A DNA stretch of 64,000 bases, taken from assembly GCA_963734545.1 (NCBI GenBank), contig CAVTHO010000007.1, positions 832,001 through 896,000 of the forward strand, given 5' to 3'. Below the pieces are notes generated by a model that saw only the letters and a program-made list of their open reading frames with translations, made no database searches and was not told the origin of the DNA. A program made the translations under genes and the position numbers. This stretch comes from an uncultured Spirochaetota bacterium (lineage in GTDB: Bacteria > Spirochaetota > Spirochaetia > SZUA-6 > Fen-1364). How positions within the stretch are numbered: the stretch's first letter is position 1; every line of letters starts with the position of its first letter. This document shows, piece by piece, positions 51,409 through 63,319 of the stretch.

Positions 51409-51477
51409 TTCAGAGCGAGGTGGGCGGGGCCGGCGGAATGCCGGCTCCAGAATGCGGTGAGGGTGAGGGGCCTTCCT

Positions 51478-52673
51478 CTACCAGCGTACCGCGAGGTCCA
51501 GCGTCGCACCCGCCCGCGGCCGGTCTCCGAGGTGCGCGCCGAGCTCCTGCGTAAAAACGGCGAAATTCAAGTCCAGGACGAGCAGCTTCATTCCGGCTCC
51601 GAACGTCAAGTATCCCTGGTTGAGCCCGGCCCGCAGGGCGAACATGTTAATGAGCTTGATCTCCGCGCCGCCGTGAAGGGAGTACCAGATGGAGTGTTCG
51701 CCCCCCAGGACCCCGCCGAAGTCCTGTACGTCGATGCTGATCGAAGGGTCGACCCAGTACTTGAACGTACCAAGGTCAGGATGCATGGCCACACCGAGGC
51801 CCACGTTCATGGGAATCACGTACCGGTCTGTCGTCACTGAAGTGCCGGCAGGGAACCTCAGCTGGGAGCCAAAGGTGCTCGAGAAGGTCCCGAAGGAGTT
51901 CTTGTTGTACCTGAACTGCGTGCCGCCCAGGTCACGCACGGAGAGCCCGAATGTGAACCAGCCGAGCTCCGCAATGGCGCCCAGATCAAGGCCAATGCCC
52001 ACACCATAGAACGCATCCGCGCTGTTGAGCGGGGAAAGAAGGTCCTCGCCGTTTGCGATGGCTGACAGCATCCCGAGGGCGACGCTGTTCGAGATGGGCG
52101 CATGGACCCTGATCATGGGGCGGATGTCCCCCCCTACGTGGAGCTTGAATCCGAGCACATCGAAGGGAACCGAAAGACCGCCGATGAAACCGACGGTGGC
52201 GGTCATGTCACCGCTCGCTCCCAGAAGGGTGGAACCGTACAGGGAGGAATCCTCTATGATCATCATGCCGAGGCCCAGCCCGTTTCCGACATAGCCGATG
52301 CCGGCAGACATTCCGATCCCGAATCCTCCCGCAATGACCTGGCTGTTCAGGAAGTCCAGCGTCGACGACGAAGAGCCGGTTCCCCGGCGTACTTCTGGCC
52401 CAAATGGATCAACTCATCCGGACGGGAGTACACCCACGTGGTGGCGGCGAGAAGAGTGAACGAACCTTCACTGCGGGAGAAGCCCGCCGGATTGTAGAAG
52501 AAGGAGTCATAGCCGTGCGCGTCCGCGATGAACGACCCTCCCCTCCCCATCACCTGGGGGCTCATGGGAAGGAATGGAATTTCCGCGATAGTGTCCGCGA
52601 AGGCAGCGCCGCAGCCGAGAAGAGTGATCAGCGCACCGATGACAAGTGTTTTCCTCATTGGTGCTTCGCTCAC
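51478..52673 (-). CDS. Outer-membrane beta-barrel, TraF/FadL/PorV-like (frameshift near 52370)
   Basis: Signal peptide, MGRGGSF.A......FYNPAG plug motif, alternating beta-strands, LRAGLNQGY.TFG.G, C-terminal W. Confidence 0.75.
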
Positions 52674-53452
52674 TTCGGATAGGGCGCGCCGGCCGCGTCG
52701 AAGATGTTCTTGAGCGGCGGATTGAGCGGATTCAAGGGGTCCGCCACGGTGACGCCCGAAATCTGGTTGCTCGGATCATCGTTCACGAGAAGAAACATCT
52801 CGTGGATGGCATCCGCCGTTGTCGGCACCACTGAAGGGGTGATCGCGTCCACCACCGCCTGCATGAGGTAGGCAACAGCCGCCTTCTGTGCAATGTCTCC
52901 CATGGTCACACCAGGTGGAACACTGTAAGGAGGAGTTTCTGTTCCCAGCGCCTGGTAGGCCATATTCGCCTGGAGCAAGCCCGTTATCATTGCCGTGAAG
53001 TCGGTCTGATTCCCCGCGACATCAGCGGGGATGACGGAGGAAATGAGGGAGGAGATGTTTCCCGTCTGGGATGACGTCATGAACTCGGCCACGATGTTGT
53101 TTACCAGCTCGTCCCCGGAGGTGGTCTTGAGATAGAGATCGCCGTAGAGTACGGCGGCAGCCTGCTTATCCGAATTGTTGAGAGGTCCCGTTGTGACCTG
53201 ATACGTCGTCTCGAGATAGGACTCGAGCGCCTGTGTGGTTGTCGTATCCGCCTTGAGCTTGGCCACGACCGCGGGAGAGCCCAGGTCACTCGCCAGTTTG
53301 TCGAGCCCGTCGCTTCCGCCCTGATAGTCGCTCAGCTTCGGCGCAGGAGGTTCATCGAGCGGCTTGAACGCGTTGAAGTCAAAAAACGCCGAGCATCCCG
53401 CCAAAAGGAACAGCGGGAACAGCAGGAGCGCCGTGACTTTCATGCTCGACAA
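52670..53452 (-). CDS. Lipoprotein of unknown function
   Basis: Lipobox LAGC then SAFFDFNAF; stop overlaps the barrel gene start (GTGA). Confidence 0.8.
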   Translation of the reverse strand: MSSMKVTALLLFPLFLLAGCSAFFDFNAFKPLDEPPAPKLSDYQGGSDGLDKLASDLGSPAVVAKLKADTTTTQALESYLETTYQVTTGPLNNSDKQAAAVLYGDLYLKTTSGDELVNNIVAEFMTSSQTGNISSLISSVIPADVAGNQTDFTAMITGLLQANMAYQALGTETPPYSVPPGVTMGDIAQKAAVAYLMQAVVDAITPSVVPTTADAIHEMFLLVNDDPSNQISGVTVADPLNPLNPPLKNIFDAAGAPYPK

Positions 53453-53552
53453 TCAATACCTCCCTCTCAAGAATATGCAAACGCAGGACTGTTGTAGCTG
53501 TCAACGCTGCAATAGGATTATAGCTCAGAAAGGGCCTGAAAACCATCGAATG

Positions 53553-54968
53553 TCAATCAAACCCGAGGAAGCGGCCGCCGCAGCTCCCGGATGCGGTTGT
53601 GATCCTCACCCTCGCGATCCTGCCCTCGGCCTCACCTGCCGCCGGGACGTCGCGCACATCCACCTTCAAATAGTTCTCTGAAACGCCCCACGCGCGCGTG
53701 CCTTCACCGCCCTCGAGAAGCACCTCGACGTCCCTGCCGACCCATGCACGCGCGTAGGATGACGAAGACCGGCGGCTTATCTCTCGTAGCTCGCGTGCCC
53801 GCTGATGCCTCGTGCGTTCGGGCACTGCAGGTTCGAGGCCGGCAGCGGCCGTGCCCGGCCTCGGTGAGAAGGGAAATACGTGGAGCGCTGCGAACGACTG
53901 CCCTTCAACCAGACCCCGTGTCTCCGCGAACTCAGCCTCAGTTTCACCCGGGAATCCCGTGATGATGTCCGCGGCGATGTAGGGATCCGGTTTCGAAGCA
54001 CGCAAGAGGGCCAGCGCCTCATGCAAGCGGCCGGTGAGGCAGCGCCGCCTCATCCTGCCCAGCACGCTGTCGGAGCCGGACTGCACCGGAATATGGAAGT
54101 GGGGGCAGATCCTCTCGTGGGCGATCACTTCTCCCAGCGCCTCTGTGATACGTTCCGGCTCCAAAGAGGAGAGCCGGAAACGAACGCGCCGCGTTGCGTC
54201 CAGGAGCAGGCGCAGCAGGTCATGCAGCAGGAGGCCTTCCGACCTGTAGGAGGCGATGTTGACTCCCGTAATGACCACCTCGCGGTACTCCAGCTCCTCC
54301 AGCTCCACGAGCCTGCGCACCGCTTCCGCGGGGCTGAGGCTCACCGAGGCGCCTCGTGCCAGAGGCACACGGCAATAGGAGCAGCGCGAATCGCAGCCGT
54401 CCTGTACTTTGAGATAGGCCCGGGTGCGGAAGTTGTGCGCGCCCGCGGTAAGTTGAAAAATGTCACGGGGTACCGTGACCGGTTGGAAAATGTCACGGGC
54501 AGCCGTGACCCACGTGCCGTCCTGAAGAGTGCCTTTCGCGGCGCCTCCCCGGCGGAGAATCGCCTGCAGATCGAGGAGGCTCGCCTTCTGCGACTGCGGT
54601 ATCACGAGGACATTTTCCCCGAGTGAAGAAAGGGCTCCCGCATTCTGCTCGGCTGAGCAGCCCGTTACGATCAGGAGAGCGCGTGGACGGCTGCGCGCGA
54701 GGCTGCGGACAAGGGCGCGGGCCTTGTGATCCGCGCGGCACGTCACCGTGCACGTGTTGACCACGTACGTATCGGCTTCCTGTTCAAAAGGGACAACTGC
54801 GTAGCCCTGACTTTTGAATGAGGAGGCGAGCGCTTCGGTCTCGAACTGGTTCAGCTTGCACCCGAAGGTGTGAAACCCGACCCTGCGTCCGCCGCCACGG
54901 TACTCCGCGGCATTCGGGCCGCCACGGTACTCCGCGGCACTTATCGCGGTCACCGTACCCGGTGACAT
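53553..54968 (-). CDS. mtaB: tRNA t6A37 methylthiotransferase
   Basis: FHTFGCKLNQFETE, NTCTVT, RAYLKVQDGCDSRCSYC, LHVFPFSPRPGT. Confidence 0.93.
   Translation of the reverse strand: MSPGTVTAISAAEYRGGPNAAEYRGGGRRVGFHTFGCKLNQFETEALASSFKSQGYAVVPFEQEADTYVVNTCTVTCRADHKARALVRSLARSRPRALLIVTGCSAEQNAGALSSLGENVLVIPQSQKASLLDLQAILRRGGAAKGTLQDGTWVTAARDIFQPVTVPRDIFQLTAGAHNFRTRAYLKVQDGCDSRCSYCRVPLARGASVSLSPAEAVRRLVELEELEYREVVITGVNIASYRSEGLLLHDLLRLLLDATRRVRFRLSSLEPERITEALGEVIAHERICPHFHIPVQSGSDSVLGRMRRRCLTGRLHEALALLRASKPDPYIAADIITGFPGETEAEFAETRGLVEGQSFAALHVFPFSPRPGTAAAGLEPAVPERTRHQRARELREISRRSSSSYARAWVGRDVEVLLEGGEGTRAWGVSENYLKVDVRDVPAAGEAEGRIARVRITTASGSCGGRFLGFD
54459..54510 (-). repeat. Two tandem palindromic REP-like elements in mtaB (period 30)
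   Basis: AAT-GTCACGG-GGTA-CCGTGAC-C and AAT-GTCACGG-GCAG-CCGTGAC-C. Confidence 0.85.
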
Positions 54969-54969
54969 T
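54894..54969 (+). repeat. Three tandem palindromic REP-like elements at the mtaB 5' end
   Basis: GCCACGG-TACT-CCGCGGC-ATT, GCCACGG-TACT-CCGCGGC-ACT, GTCACCG-TACC-CGGTGAC-ATT. Confidence 0.85.
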
Positions 54970-55601
54970 CAACCGCCTCTGAGCTTCTTGTCGACGCTGT
55001 CCTTGCCCCGCTGGGCATCGCCGAGGCCGGGGTCCAGCCTGAGCGCCCGGCCATACGCGTCGGAGGCCCATTTCAGATCGTTTGCCAGCTCACGCGCGTA
55101 TCCGAGCCGGGCCCACCACAATGCGTTGTTCTGCTCGTAGTAGACGGCCGTGGAGATGGCGATGTCGGCGTTCTGGTACTCCTTGAGACGTATGTAGCAT
55201 TCCCCCATGAGCCAGTAGACGCGCGCGATCCGGTCTCCGTTGGGACGATCCAGCACGTACTTCTTCAGGTTCTTGAGCGCGTCGTCGATCTTGCCGAGAA
55301 ACACGTCGGCCTCCCCGATGATCTGCTCGATCCGGGGATCGTTCGGATTGATGACGGCGGCCTTGCGGGCAATGTCCAGGGCGTCCTGGTACTGCTGCAG
55401 CCTGAGGTAGCTCCACCCCATCACCACGTGAGAGTCGATATTGTTCGGTGACACGGCCAGCTCCTGCTGGCAGACCTTGACCGCGTCCGCGAATCTGTTC
55501 GCGCGATAGAGCTCCAGCGCGTCCGGCTTGTCCTGGGCGAACAGGGGACCAGTCGCCAGAATCGCCAGAAGGAGCGCGACGGAGGCGAGGCGACGTTTCA
55601 T
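54969..55601 (-). CDS. Secreted TPR protein
   Basis: Signal peptide ending LFAQ; several TPR-like helical repeats. Confidence 0.85.
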   Translation of the reverse strand: MKRRLASVALLLAILATGPLFAQDKPDALELYRANRFADAVKVCQQELAVSPNNIDSHVVMGWSYLRLQQYQDALDIARKAAVINPNDPRIEQIIGEADVFLGKIDDALKNLKKYVLDRPNGDRIARVYWLMGECYIRLKEYQNADIAISTAVYYEQNNALWWARLGYARELANDLKWASDAYGRALRLDPGLGDAQRGKDSVDKKLRGG

Positions 55602-56188
55602 TTCTGGGGCCCCCCCTGGCCGGAGGACGAGCCGGGAGGCTTCTGCTGAGGCGCGTGCTGGTTCCCTGGCTGCGGCAACGGCAGAGTCTGCTGGCTGCCC
55701 CCCTGCCCTGCCGCTGCCCCCCCCTGCTGATTGCCCTGTTTCTGCGGGTGTTGCTGCTGAGGCTGCGGGCTGCCGGGCTGCCCGGTTGCGCCTGCCTGAT
55801 GCGGTGCCGGCCGGCTGCGGCTGCTGCGCATCCTTCCTCACACCGCCCATGTTGCAGTAGCCGTTGAACTTGCATCCGCTTTCCACGACGAAGTCCGGCG
55901 TGGAGATGTCTCCCTCCACCTGCGCCGTGGAGAACAGCTCCACGCGGGAGTGGCCGACGATGTCCCCTTGTGCTTTCCCCGTGAGGAGACGATATCTGCC
56001 TCGGTCTTGGCTTCCACGTACGCCTTCTCCCCGATGTACAGGGAGCTTGTCGACTTGATCTCGCCCTTGAACTTTCCCTTGATCATCAGGGGCTTCTTGA
56101 ACGTGAGGTGGCCCTCGAAATCGATGTCCTCCGCGAGGATCGTGTCGATCTCGTGCTCGTCCATATCCTTTATGTGCACTTCAGCCAT
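55598..56188 (-). CDS. Bactofilin with Gln/Gly/Pro-rich C-terminal tail (two frameshifts)
   Basis: TILAEDIDFEG.L, I.GKFKGEI, VEGDI.TP...VESGCKFNG.C.M; tail frame ends in an ATGA overlap with the TPR gene. Confidence 0.85.
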
Positions 56189-56246
56189 AGGCCTCTCCGT
56201 GGTGTGAGTTGTCCCTGCCTACGTTATCCACGCCTGCCCGGGCATG

Positions 56247-56973
56247 TCAACCATCGATCGCCAGCATGATCGAGCGGAGGGACTTCTCCAGCCGCGCGCG
56301 CATCTCCCGCGTGTGCGGATTGAAGCGCTGAAGGTCGAGAAAGAGCTGCCAGGGGTCGTTGCAGGTCTGCTCGACGATTTCCAGGAGCTTGTTGTAGCCC
56401 ACGGTGGCGATGGGGGATTGGCGCACGCCGAGATCGGAGAGCACCCTCCCGATGTAGTGCGCGATTCCCTGGGTGAACGCCGCTTCCCGGTCGTGCTCGT
56501 CCGCCGACATGACGGAGACCGCCAGACCCAGGGAGGTGAAGAACTCGCGCCACCGCTCGAGCTCCCGGCCGGCGATCGCGGACGGGGCAGAGGATCATGG
56601 GGAGCCCCGCGACGCCCTCACGGGCCGAATCCGGGCCGAACATCGGATGCGTGCCCAGGATCGAGACAGCGGCCGGCAGCATTCGCTCCATGAGACCCAC
56701 TGGATGGGTCTTCACCGAGCAGGTGTCCATGACGAGCGACCCCGCGGGAGAGCCGGCCGCGCGTGCGCCCCAGGACGTCCTCCATGGCGGAGATTGCCAC
56801 GCAGAGGAAGATCACCGGCTGGGAGAGAACCTCCGTCCTCCCCCACCCTGCGCGACACCGGGCGGGGTGGGCCGGTCGGGAGATCGGGAATAGACGCAGA
56901 CGGGAACCGAGCGCGCGAGCAGCTCCGCCCAGAAAGAGCCGAACCTTCCCAGGCCGTACACGCCGACTGTCAT
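56247..56973 (-). CDS. tyrA: Prephenate/arogenate dehydrogenase (several frameshifts)
   Basis: MTVGVYGLGRFG, DTCSVK, THPMFGPDS, EHDREAAFTQG. Confidence 0.8.
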
Positions 56974-57056
56974 GAGCGCGATTATTGCAGTTTCCGGGGA
57001 AAAAGCTATACTTGCTTACTCGGGTGTTTCTCCCATTCCCGGAAAGGAGCCATCAG

Positions 57057-58062
<1,006 letters not shown>

Positions 58063-58063
58063 C

Positions 58064-58824
58064 ATGAGAGTCGCGATCGTCGGATACGGAAGCATGGGAC
58101 GCGAGGTGGAGAAGGTCCTTCGGGAACGGGGGCACGAGGTGACGGCCCGCGTGGATCCGACGCAGGCGGGCGCCGACGGCGACGCGCCTCACGGAGGAGA
58201 TCGCCCGGCGCAGCGACATGGCCATCGAGTTTTCGCACGCGGACGCCGTGCTGGAAAACGCGCAGCGCGTATGCCGGGTTCGGGCTCAGCGCAGTGAGCG
58301 GGACCACGGGCTGGTACGCGAAGCTCGAGGAGCTGCGCGCTCTCATCGGCGCATCGAAAATCGGCTACCTGTACGGCAGCAACTTCTCCATCGGCGCTCA
58401 CCTGTTCTTCGCGCTGGTGGCAGCCGCGACCGAGCTCGCCAACCCCTGCCCCGAGTACGACATCATGGGGTGGGAGGTCCACCACAAGCGCAAGAAGGAC
58501 TCGCCCTCGGGCACCGCGCTCACCATCGCCCGCATCATCACCGGCCAGAGCGAGCGCAAGAAGAAGGTGGTGACGGAGAGGCTCGACCGGGCTCCGGCGG
58601 CGGATGAGCTCCACTTCGCCTCTGTCCGCGGCGGGGAGGTCCCCGGCACGCACACGGTGCTCCTGGACTCCTCCTTCGACACCATCGAGCTCACCCATCG
58701 CGCGCGCAGCCGGGGCGGGTTCGCCCTCGGCGCCGTGCGTGCGGCGGAGTGGCTGGCGGGAAAGCGCGGCGTTTTCGAGGTGAATGATTTCATCAAGAGC
58801 CTTCTCCAGAGGAGACCAGCATGA
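58064..58824 (+). CDS. dapB: 4-hydroxy-tetrahydrodipicolinate reductase (frameshifts)
   Basis: IVGYGSMG, GTTGW, NFSIG, EVHHKRKKDSPSGTA, FALGA. Confidence 0.92.
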
Positions 58825-59700
58825 AACTCGAAGGGGTGTATACGGCCCTCGTCACGCCGATGACCGCGGACGGAAAGGTGGACGAGAAGGCGCTGCGCCG
58901 GCTCGTGGATTTCCAGGTCGAAGGCGGCGTGCACGGCCTCGTGCCGGTGGGCACGACGGGAGAGAGCCCGACCCTGGACGGCGAGGAGTGCAAGCGGGTC
59001 ATCCAGATCGTCGTCGAACAGGCACGGGGTCGGGTTCCCGTCATTGCGGGGGCAGGGTCCAACTCCACGAGCGAGGCAATCGAGTACGCGCGGGACGCCA
59101 AGGAGGTGGGGGCGGTGGCGACCCTCCAGGTTGCGCCGTACTACAACAAGCCGACAAACGCGGGCTTTCTCGCGCATTTCCGCGCCATCGCGGACGCGGT
59201 GGATCTGCCGCTGGTCGTCTACAACATCGCCGGCCGCACCGGCAAGAACATCGACAACCCCACGATGCTGGAGCTGGCGAAGCACAGGAACATCACGGCG
59301 GTGAAGGAGGCAAGCGGCGACATCGGACAGGTCATGGACCTGATCGCCCACAAGCCGGCCGGATTCACCGTGCTTTCAGGGGACGACAACCTCGTGTTCC
59401 CCATCATGGCGCTCGGCGGCCGGGGAGTGATCTCGGTCGTCGAGCAACCTCGTGCCGGACCGCATGGCGAAATTCGTCACGCGGCGCTCCAAGGGCGACT
59501 GGGACGGGGCGAGGAGAATGCACTACGAGCTCCTCCCGCTCTTCAAGGCCATGTTCATCGAGACCAATCCGATCCCGATCAAGGCGGCGATGGCAATGAA
59601 GGGAATGATGGCGGAGTCCTACAGGCTCCCGATGTGCCCCCTGGCGCCGAAAAACAGGGAGTCTCTCCAGGCAACGCTCAAGGAGCTGAAGGTCCTGTAA
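58821..59700 (+). CDS. dapA: 4-hydroxy-tetrahydrodipicolinate synthase (frameshift near 59440)
   Basis: GTTGESPTL, PYYNKP, YNI.GRTG, KEASG, ETNPIPIK. Confidence 0.94.
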
Positions 59701-60539
59701 GCGCGCGCGCCAGCCTGACGAAGATCTCGGGAGAGAGCTGCTCGGCCCTCCTGCCAAGGTCTATCCCCTCCGCCACGAGCACCGATTCAGCGTCCTCCGC
59801 CGTCACGTCCGATCCCAGCCTTCCCGAGCCAAGGTTGTTGCGAATGGTTTTCCTTCGCGAGGAAAAGAGACCTCGACAAAGCGCGGAGAGCACGCGCAGC
59901 GTGCGGCTGTCCGGCGCATCGCTCTTCGGTCGCAGCTCCACAATCGAAGAAACAACCTCGGGCACCGGATAGAAGCTGCCCGGGCTGCAGGTCACCGCGG
60001 TCGATCACGTGGAAGGAGGACTGGCACAGAACGGAAAAGGATGAGTAGCTCTTGGTCCCCGGGCCGGATGCCATGCGCTCGGCGAGCTCGCGCTGCACGG
60101 TGACTACCACGACCCGGGGCCGCAGGCCTCCCTCGATGAGGTCCCCGATCATGAGCGACGCCGTTCGGTAAGGAAGGTTGCCCAGCAGACGATCCGGTGG
60201 CCCGTGCTCCGCAACGGCGTTCCTCCAGCTCTCCAGAAAATCCCCCTGCACCAGCTTGAACGCTGGTGTGCCGGCAAAGGTTTCCAGGAGGAATCGGCAC
60301 AGGCCGCGGTCCATCTCGAACGCGCGCACTTCCTTCGCCCGCTCGAGGAGGAGGCCGGTCATGGAGCCGAGTCCCGGGCCGATTTCCCAGACCGTCTCGC
60401 TTCCCTTGAGCTCGAGCAGCGATACGAGGCGCTCCCGCGCCCCCCTGTTGACCAGGAAATTCTGACCCCAGCGCTTTTTCAGCGCGAGCCCCCGCTCTTC
60501 CAGCGCCGCGCGGATCTCCGCGGGGGAATCGGGATTCAC
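59678..60539 (-). CDS. rsmA: 16S rRNA dimethyltransferase (frameshift near 59985)
   Basis: KKRWGQNFL, EIGPGLG, GNLPY, FYPVPEVVS, RRKTIRNNL. Confidence 0.94.
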
Positions 60540-62014
60540 GCGAGGATCACCGAAGCGGCACGCCGCTTTGCGGGCAGGACTCCGCCCAGGAGCACCATCA
60601 CCGCGACGGATGCCGCGACGACCCAGGGCACAAGCGGGGGCACTACCATGATGCCCGGCACTCGTGCCAGTGTTTCAGCGCTCCACTCGATGGCGCCGTA
60701 CAGAATCGAAAAGAGTCGCACGCAGGTGTCATGCAGGAGCTGCCAGGGCAGGAGGGAGATCGGCAGCCACGCAAGCCCTGCCCAGAGGAGTGCGGTCGTC
60801 AAAGGCACCAGGATCAGGCTCGCGACCAGGCCCGAAGGGTAATAGCTGCCGAATGCGGCCACCACGAGAGGCAGGGTGGCGATCTGGGCGCCGACTGACA
60901 TGGCCAGCGGTGCCAGGACGAATCGCGGGAGCCTGCCTTCGAGAGGCCTCCGCACGAGCGGGCCCAGTGCCAGAATCCCGGCCAGGGCGAGGAACGAAAG
61001 CTGAAATGAAAGGGAGAACGCCTGGAAGGGATCGATACACACGATCACAATCCCGGAAATGGAGAGAAGGTTCAGCGGCTCCACGTCCCGGTCGAGCAGG
61101 AGCGCAGCGCCGCCCACCAGGATCATTACGGTGGCGCGCAGGAGCGAGGGAAAAAACCCTGCAACAAACTGGTAGAACAGGAGGACGAGGGTCGCCAGAA
61201 GGAATTTCAGGACAGGCCTCCGCATGAATCCCAGCGCGGCTGCGATGATGCCGTAGATCACGGTCACATGGAGGCCGGAGAGTGCCAGGATGTGCAGGCT
61301 GCCGGTGCGCTGGAATCCGTCATACAGCCGCTGCGGCACGTCTTCCCTGCTTCCTATCAGGAGCGCCTGAAGAAGCGCGGAGGCCGGATAGCCGGCTCGA
61401 TCCAGCGCCCGATTCAACCCCGTCCGCAGCCGGGCCCTGATTTCCCACAGCCTCGAGGAAAACCCTGCCTCGCGAACATCCTTTCTGGCCGCGCGCGCCG
61501 CAAAGGTTTCAGGACCTGTCCCCGGGAAGGGGGAGAGCCGTGCATGAAACGAGAGCTCCTGGCCCAGAGAAAACCGGTAGTCGCCGGCAAGAAAGACGAG
61601 CACGCTGCCGCGCGCGGCACCCCGCAACCCCGTCTGGACGGACGACGCCTGCCGGACTGAAACGCGCAGCACTGTCTCGCCCTTCTGGGAAAGACTGCTG
61701 TCCTGCGAGAGGGAGCCGCTGAAATCGGTCACGTCGCCGGCGGGAACGGGGAAGAATGAAGAGTCGCTCACGCTCGCCATCCGCCTGAGAGAAACCGCGC
61801 CCATGAGCAGTCCGACAGCGATGAAAAGCGCGAAGACCCCGGCGCGGCGGAGACGGGGAGCGTCGATCCGCGTGAGAACGGTTCCCGCGGCCGCCGCCAC
61901 GACGCATGCGGCAAGCAGCGCCGCCCACCTCGATGCGAGGATCGGGCGCGAGTAGCAGCAGGCCAGGAGGATGGAAAACAGGACAAGCGCAGGGGTGAGG
62001 TGCCTGCGGATCAT
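60536..62014 (-). CDS. comEC: ComEC/Rec2 competence protein
   Basis: HILALSGLH, SLLRATVM, SFQLSFLA; multi-TM. Confidence 0.9.
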   Translation of the reverse strand: MIRRHLTPALVLFSILLACCYSRPILASRWAALLAACVVAAAAGTVLTRIDAPRLRRAGVFALFIAVGLLMGAVSLRRMASVSDSSFFPVPAGDVTDFSGSLSQDSSLSQKGETVLRVSVRQASSVQTGLRGAARGSVLVFLAGDYRFSLGQELSFHARLSPFPGTGPETFAARAARKDVREAGFSSRLWEIRARLRTGLNRALDRAGYPASALLQALLIGSREDVPQRLYDGFQRTGSLHILALSGLHVTVIYGIIAAALGFMRRPVLKFLLATLVLLFYQFVAGFFPSLLRATVMILVGGAALLLDRDVEPLNLLSISGIVIVCIDPFQAFSLSFQLSFLALAGILALGPLVRRPLEGRLPRFVLAPLAMSVGAQIATLPLVVAAFGSYYPSGLVASLILVPLTTALLWAGLAWLPISLLPWQLLHDTCVRLFSILYGAIEWSAETLARVPGIMVVPPLVPWVVAASVAVMVLLGGVLPAKRRAASVILA

Positions 62015-62045
62015 GCGCCAGAAGGCCGGCGATGCTCCGCCTGCT

Positions 62046-63233
62046 CTACCATTTCAGCTTGTCGAGGGCCGCGCGAGCCGCTTTCTTCACCCCGGCAGTG
62101 TAGTTCAAATACTGCGTGTACATCAGGTCGTCGAACGCCACCTTGTCCGCGAGAGCCCCCAGGTTCTGCAGAATGGCCATCACGACCAGGTCGTCATACG
62201 CCTTGCCTTTTTCCGTGTAGGAATTGACGATCACGAGGTACTGGGTGAGCCGCACGGCGGCATCGTGGGAGCTCATGGCGCCAAGGTCGCCGATGGCGTT
62301 CAGCAGATGATTGCGATCCGTCAGGCCCTTGTCGAACTCGCCGATGGTCGTGTCCAGGTGCTCGATGAGGAGAGGCGTGGCGTGCGAATACTTTCGCACT
62401 CCGAGGGCGTCCGCGGCCTGGAACCGGATGTCCCGCAGAATCGCCTTGCCTGTCGCGTCCGAGGCGCTGAGGTGCAGCCCGACGTCGAGAGCATATTCGG
62501 CGAGCTGGCTCAACTGGTCGTCCGTGAGCCTGTCCGTGTCGAGAGCCATCTGGAGGGCGAGCTTCTTTTCCGGTATGGGCCGCACTCTGACGACCCCGAG
62601 GAGCATTTCCTTGAAATCTCCTTTGATGGCGAGGAGCGCCTCCTTCGCGATTGCGGCGATCTGCTCGGAGTATCCCAGGTTCATTGTGCCGAACAGCGTG
62701 GAAAACGAGGTCGCATCCCCGATCTTTCCGAGCGCCTGGAGACAGGCCACCAGCACGGCAGGATCCGGCATCTTGCCCGAAGCGAATGAGGCATTCTGCC
62801 CATCCACGTAGTGGTTCAGGTTCGCGACTATCTGCGCGTCGCCCGTCCCTGCGAGCCCGAGCGCCGTGGCTGCCTTTGCCAGCGTCTGGGAATCCGAAGT
62901 CGTGAGAAAGAGCTTCCAGATGGCGTCCCGGCCCTGCGTATACCCGACGACGCCCATCTGCTCGGCGCCAATGGCGGCGAGTTGGTTGAACCTCGCGTCA
63001 GTGGGAACGAGGGTCGAGTTGTCGATCACGAACTCCACCGCCTGCAGGAAAAGCGGCCCCATGGCGGACGCTGTCTTTCCCGCCGCCGCATCCTGGAGTA
63101 TCTGGATCTTCACGTCGAGACTGCCGATGGCGAAGTTGCGGCGGAATGCATCCAGAAGCTTTTGCGCGTCCTGCGCCTGCGCGACGATCGAGGTCACGAG
63201 GAGCGCGATGCAAATGCACAGAGCACGTTTCAT
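62046..63233 (-). CDS. Secreted HEAT-repeat-like protein
   Basis: Signal peptide; repeated AL..LG.IG helical motifs. Confidence 0.7.
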   Translation of the reverse strand: MKRALCICIALLVTSIVAQAQDAQKLLDAFRRNFAIGSLDVKIQILQDAAAGKTASAMGPLFLQAVEFVIDNSTLVPTDARFNQLAAIGAEQMGVVGYTQGRDAIWKLFLTTSDSQTLAKAATALGLAGTGDAQIVANLNHYVDGQNASFASGKMPDPAVLVACLQALGKIGDATSFSTLFGTMNLGYSEQIAAIAKEALLAIKGDFKEMLLGVVRVRPIPEKKLALQMALDTDRLTDDQLSQLAEYALDVGLHLSASDATGKAILRDIRFQAADALGVRKYSHATPLLIEHLDTTIGEFDKGLTDRNHLLNAIGDLGAMSSHDAAVRLTQYLVIVNSYTEKGKAYDDLVVMAILQNLGALADKVAFDDLMYTQYLNYTAGVKKAARAALDKLKW

Positions 63234-63319
63234 GCCTCTCCCTCCTGGGGGCTCATACGATTCAATTCTACAGTGATCGAACTCAAAGTACAACCCAGAT
63301 CGAAAGAGCGCCGCCTGAT

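Noticed and set aside
51478-52673. TraF-like barrel as evidence of a conjugative element
   Set aside because: No other tra genes, relaxase or integrase; it sits among core genes
54894-54969. Palindromic repeats read as a CRISPR array
   Set aside because: Spacers are only 6-8 bp and the units lie in-frame in mtaB; treated as REP-like elements instead
54969-55943. Bactofilin-TPR fusion suggested by the 324-aa ORF
   Set aside because: Frameshift artefact; the TPR gene has its own signal peptide at 55601 and an ATGA overlap
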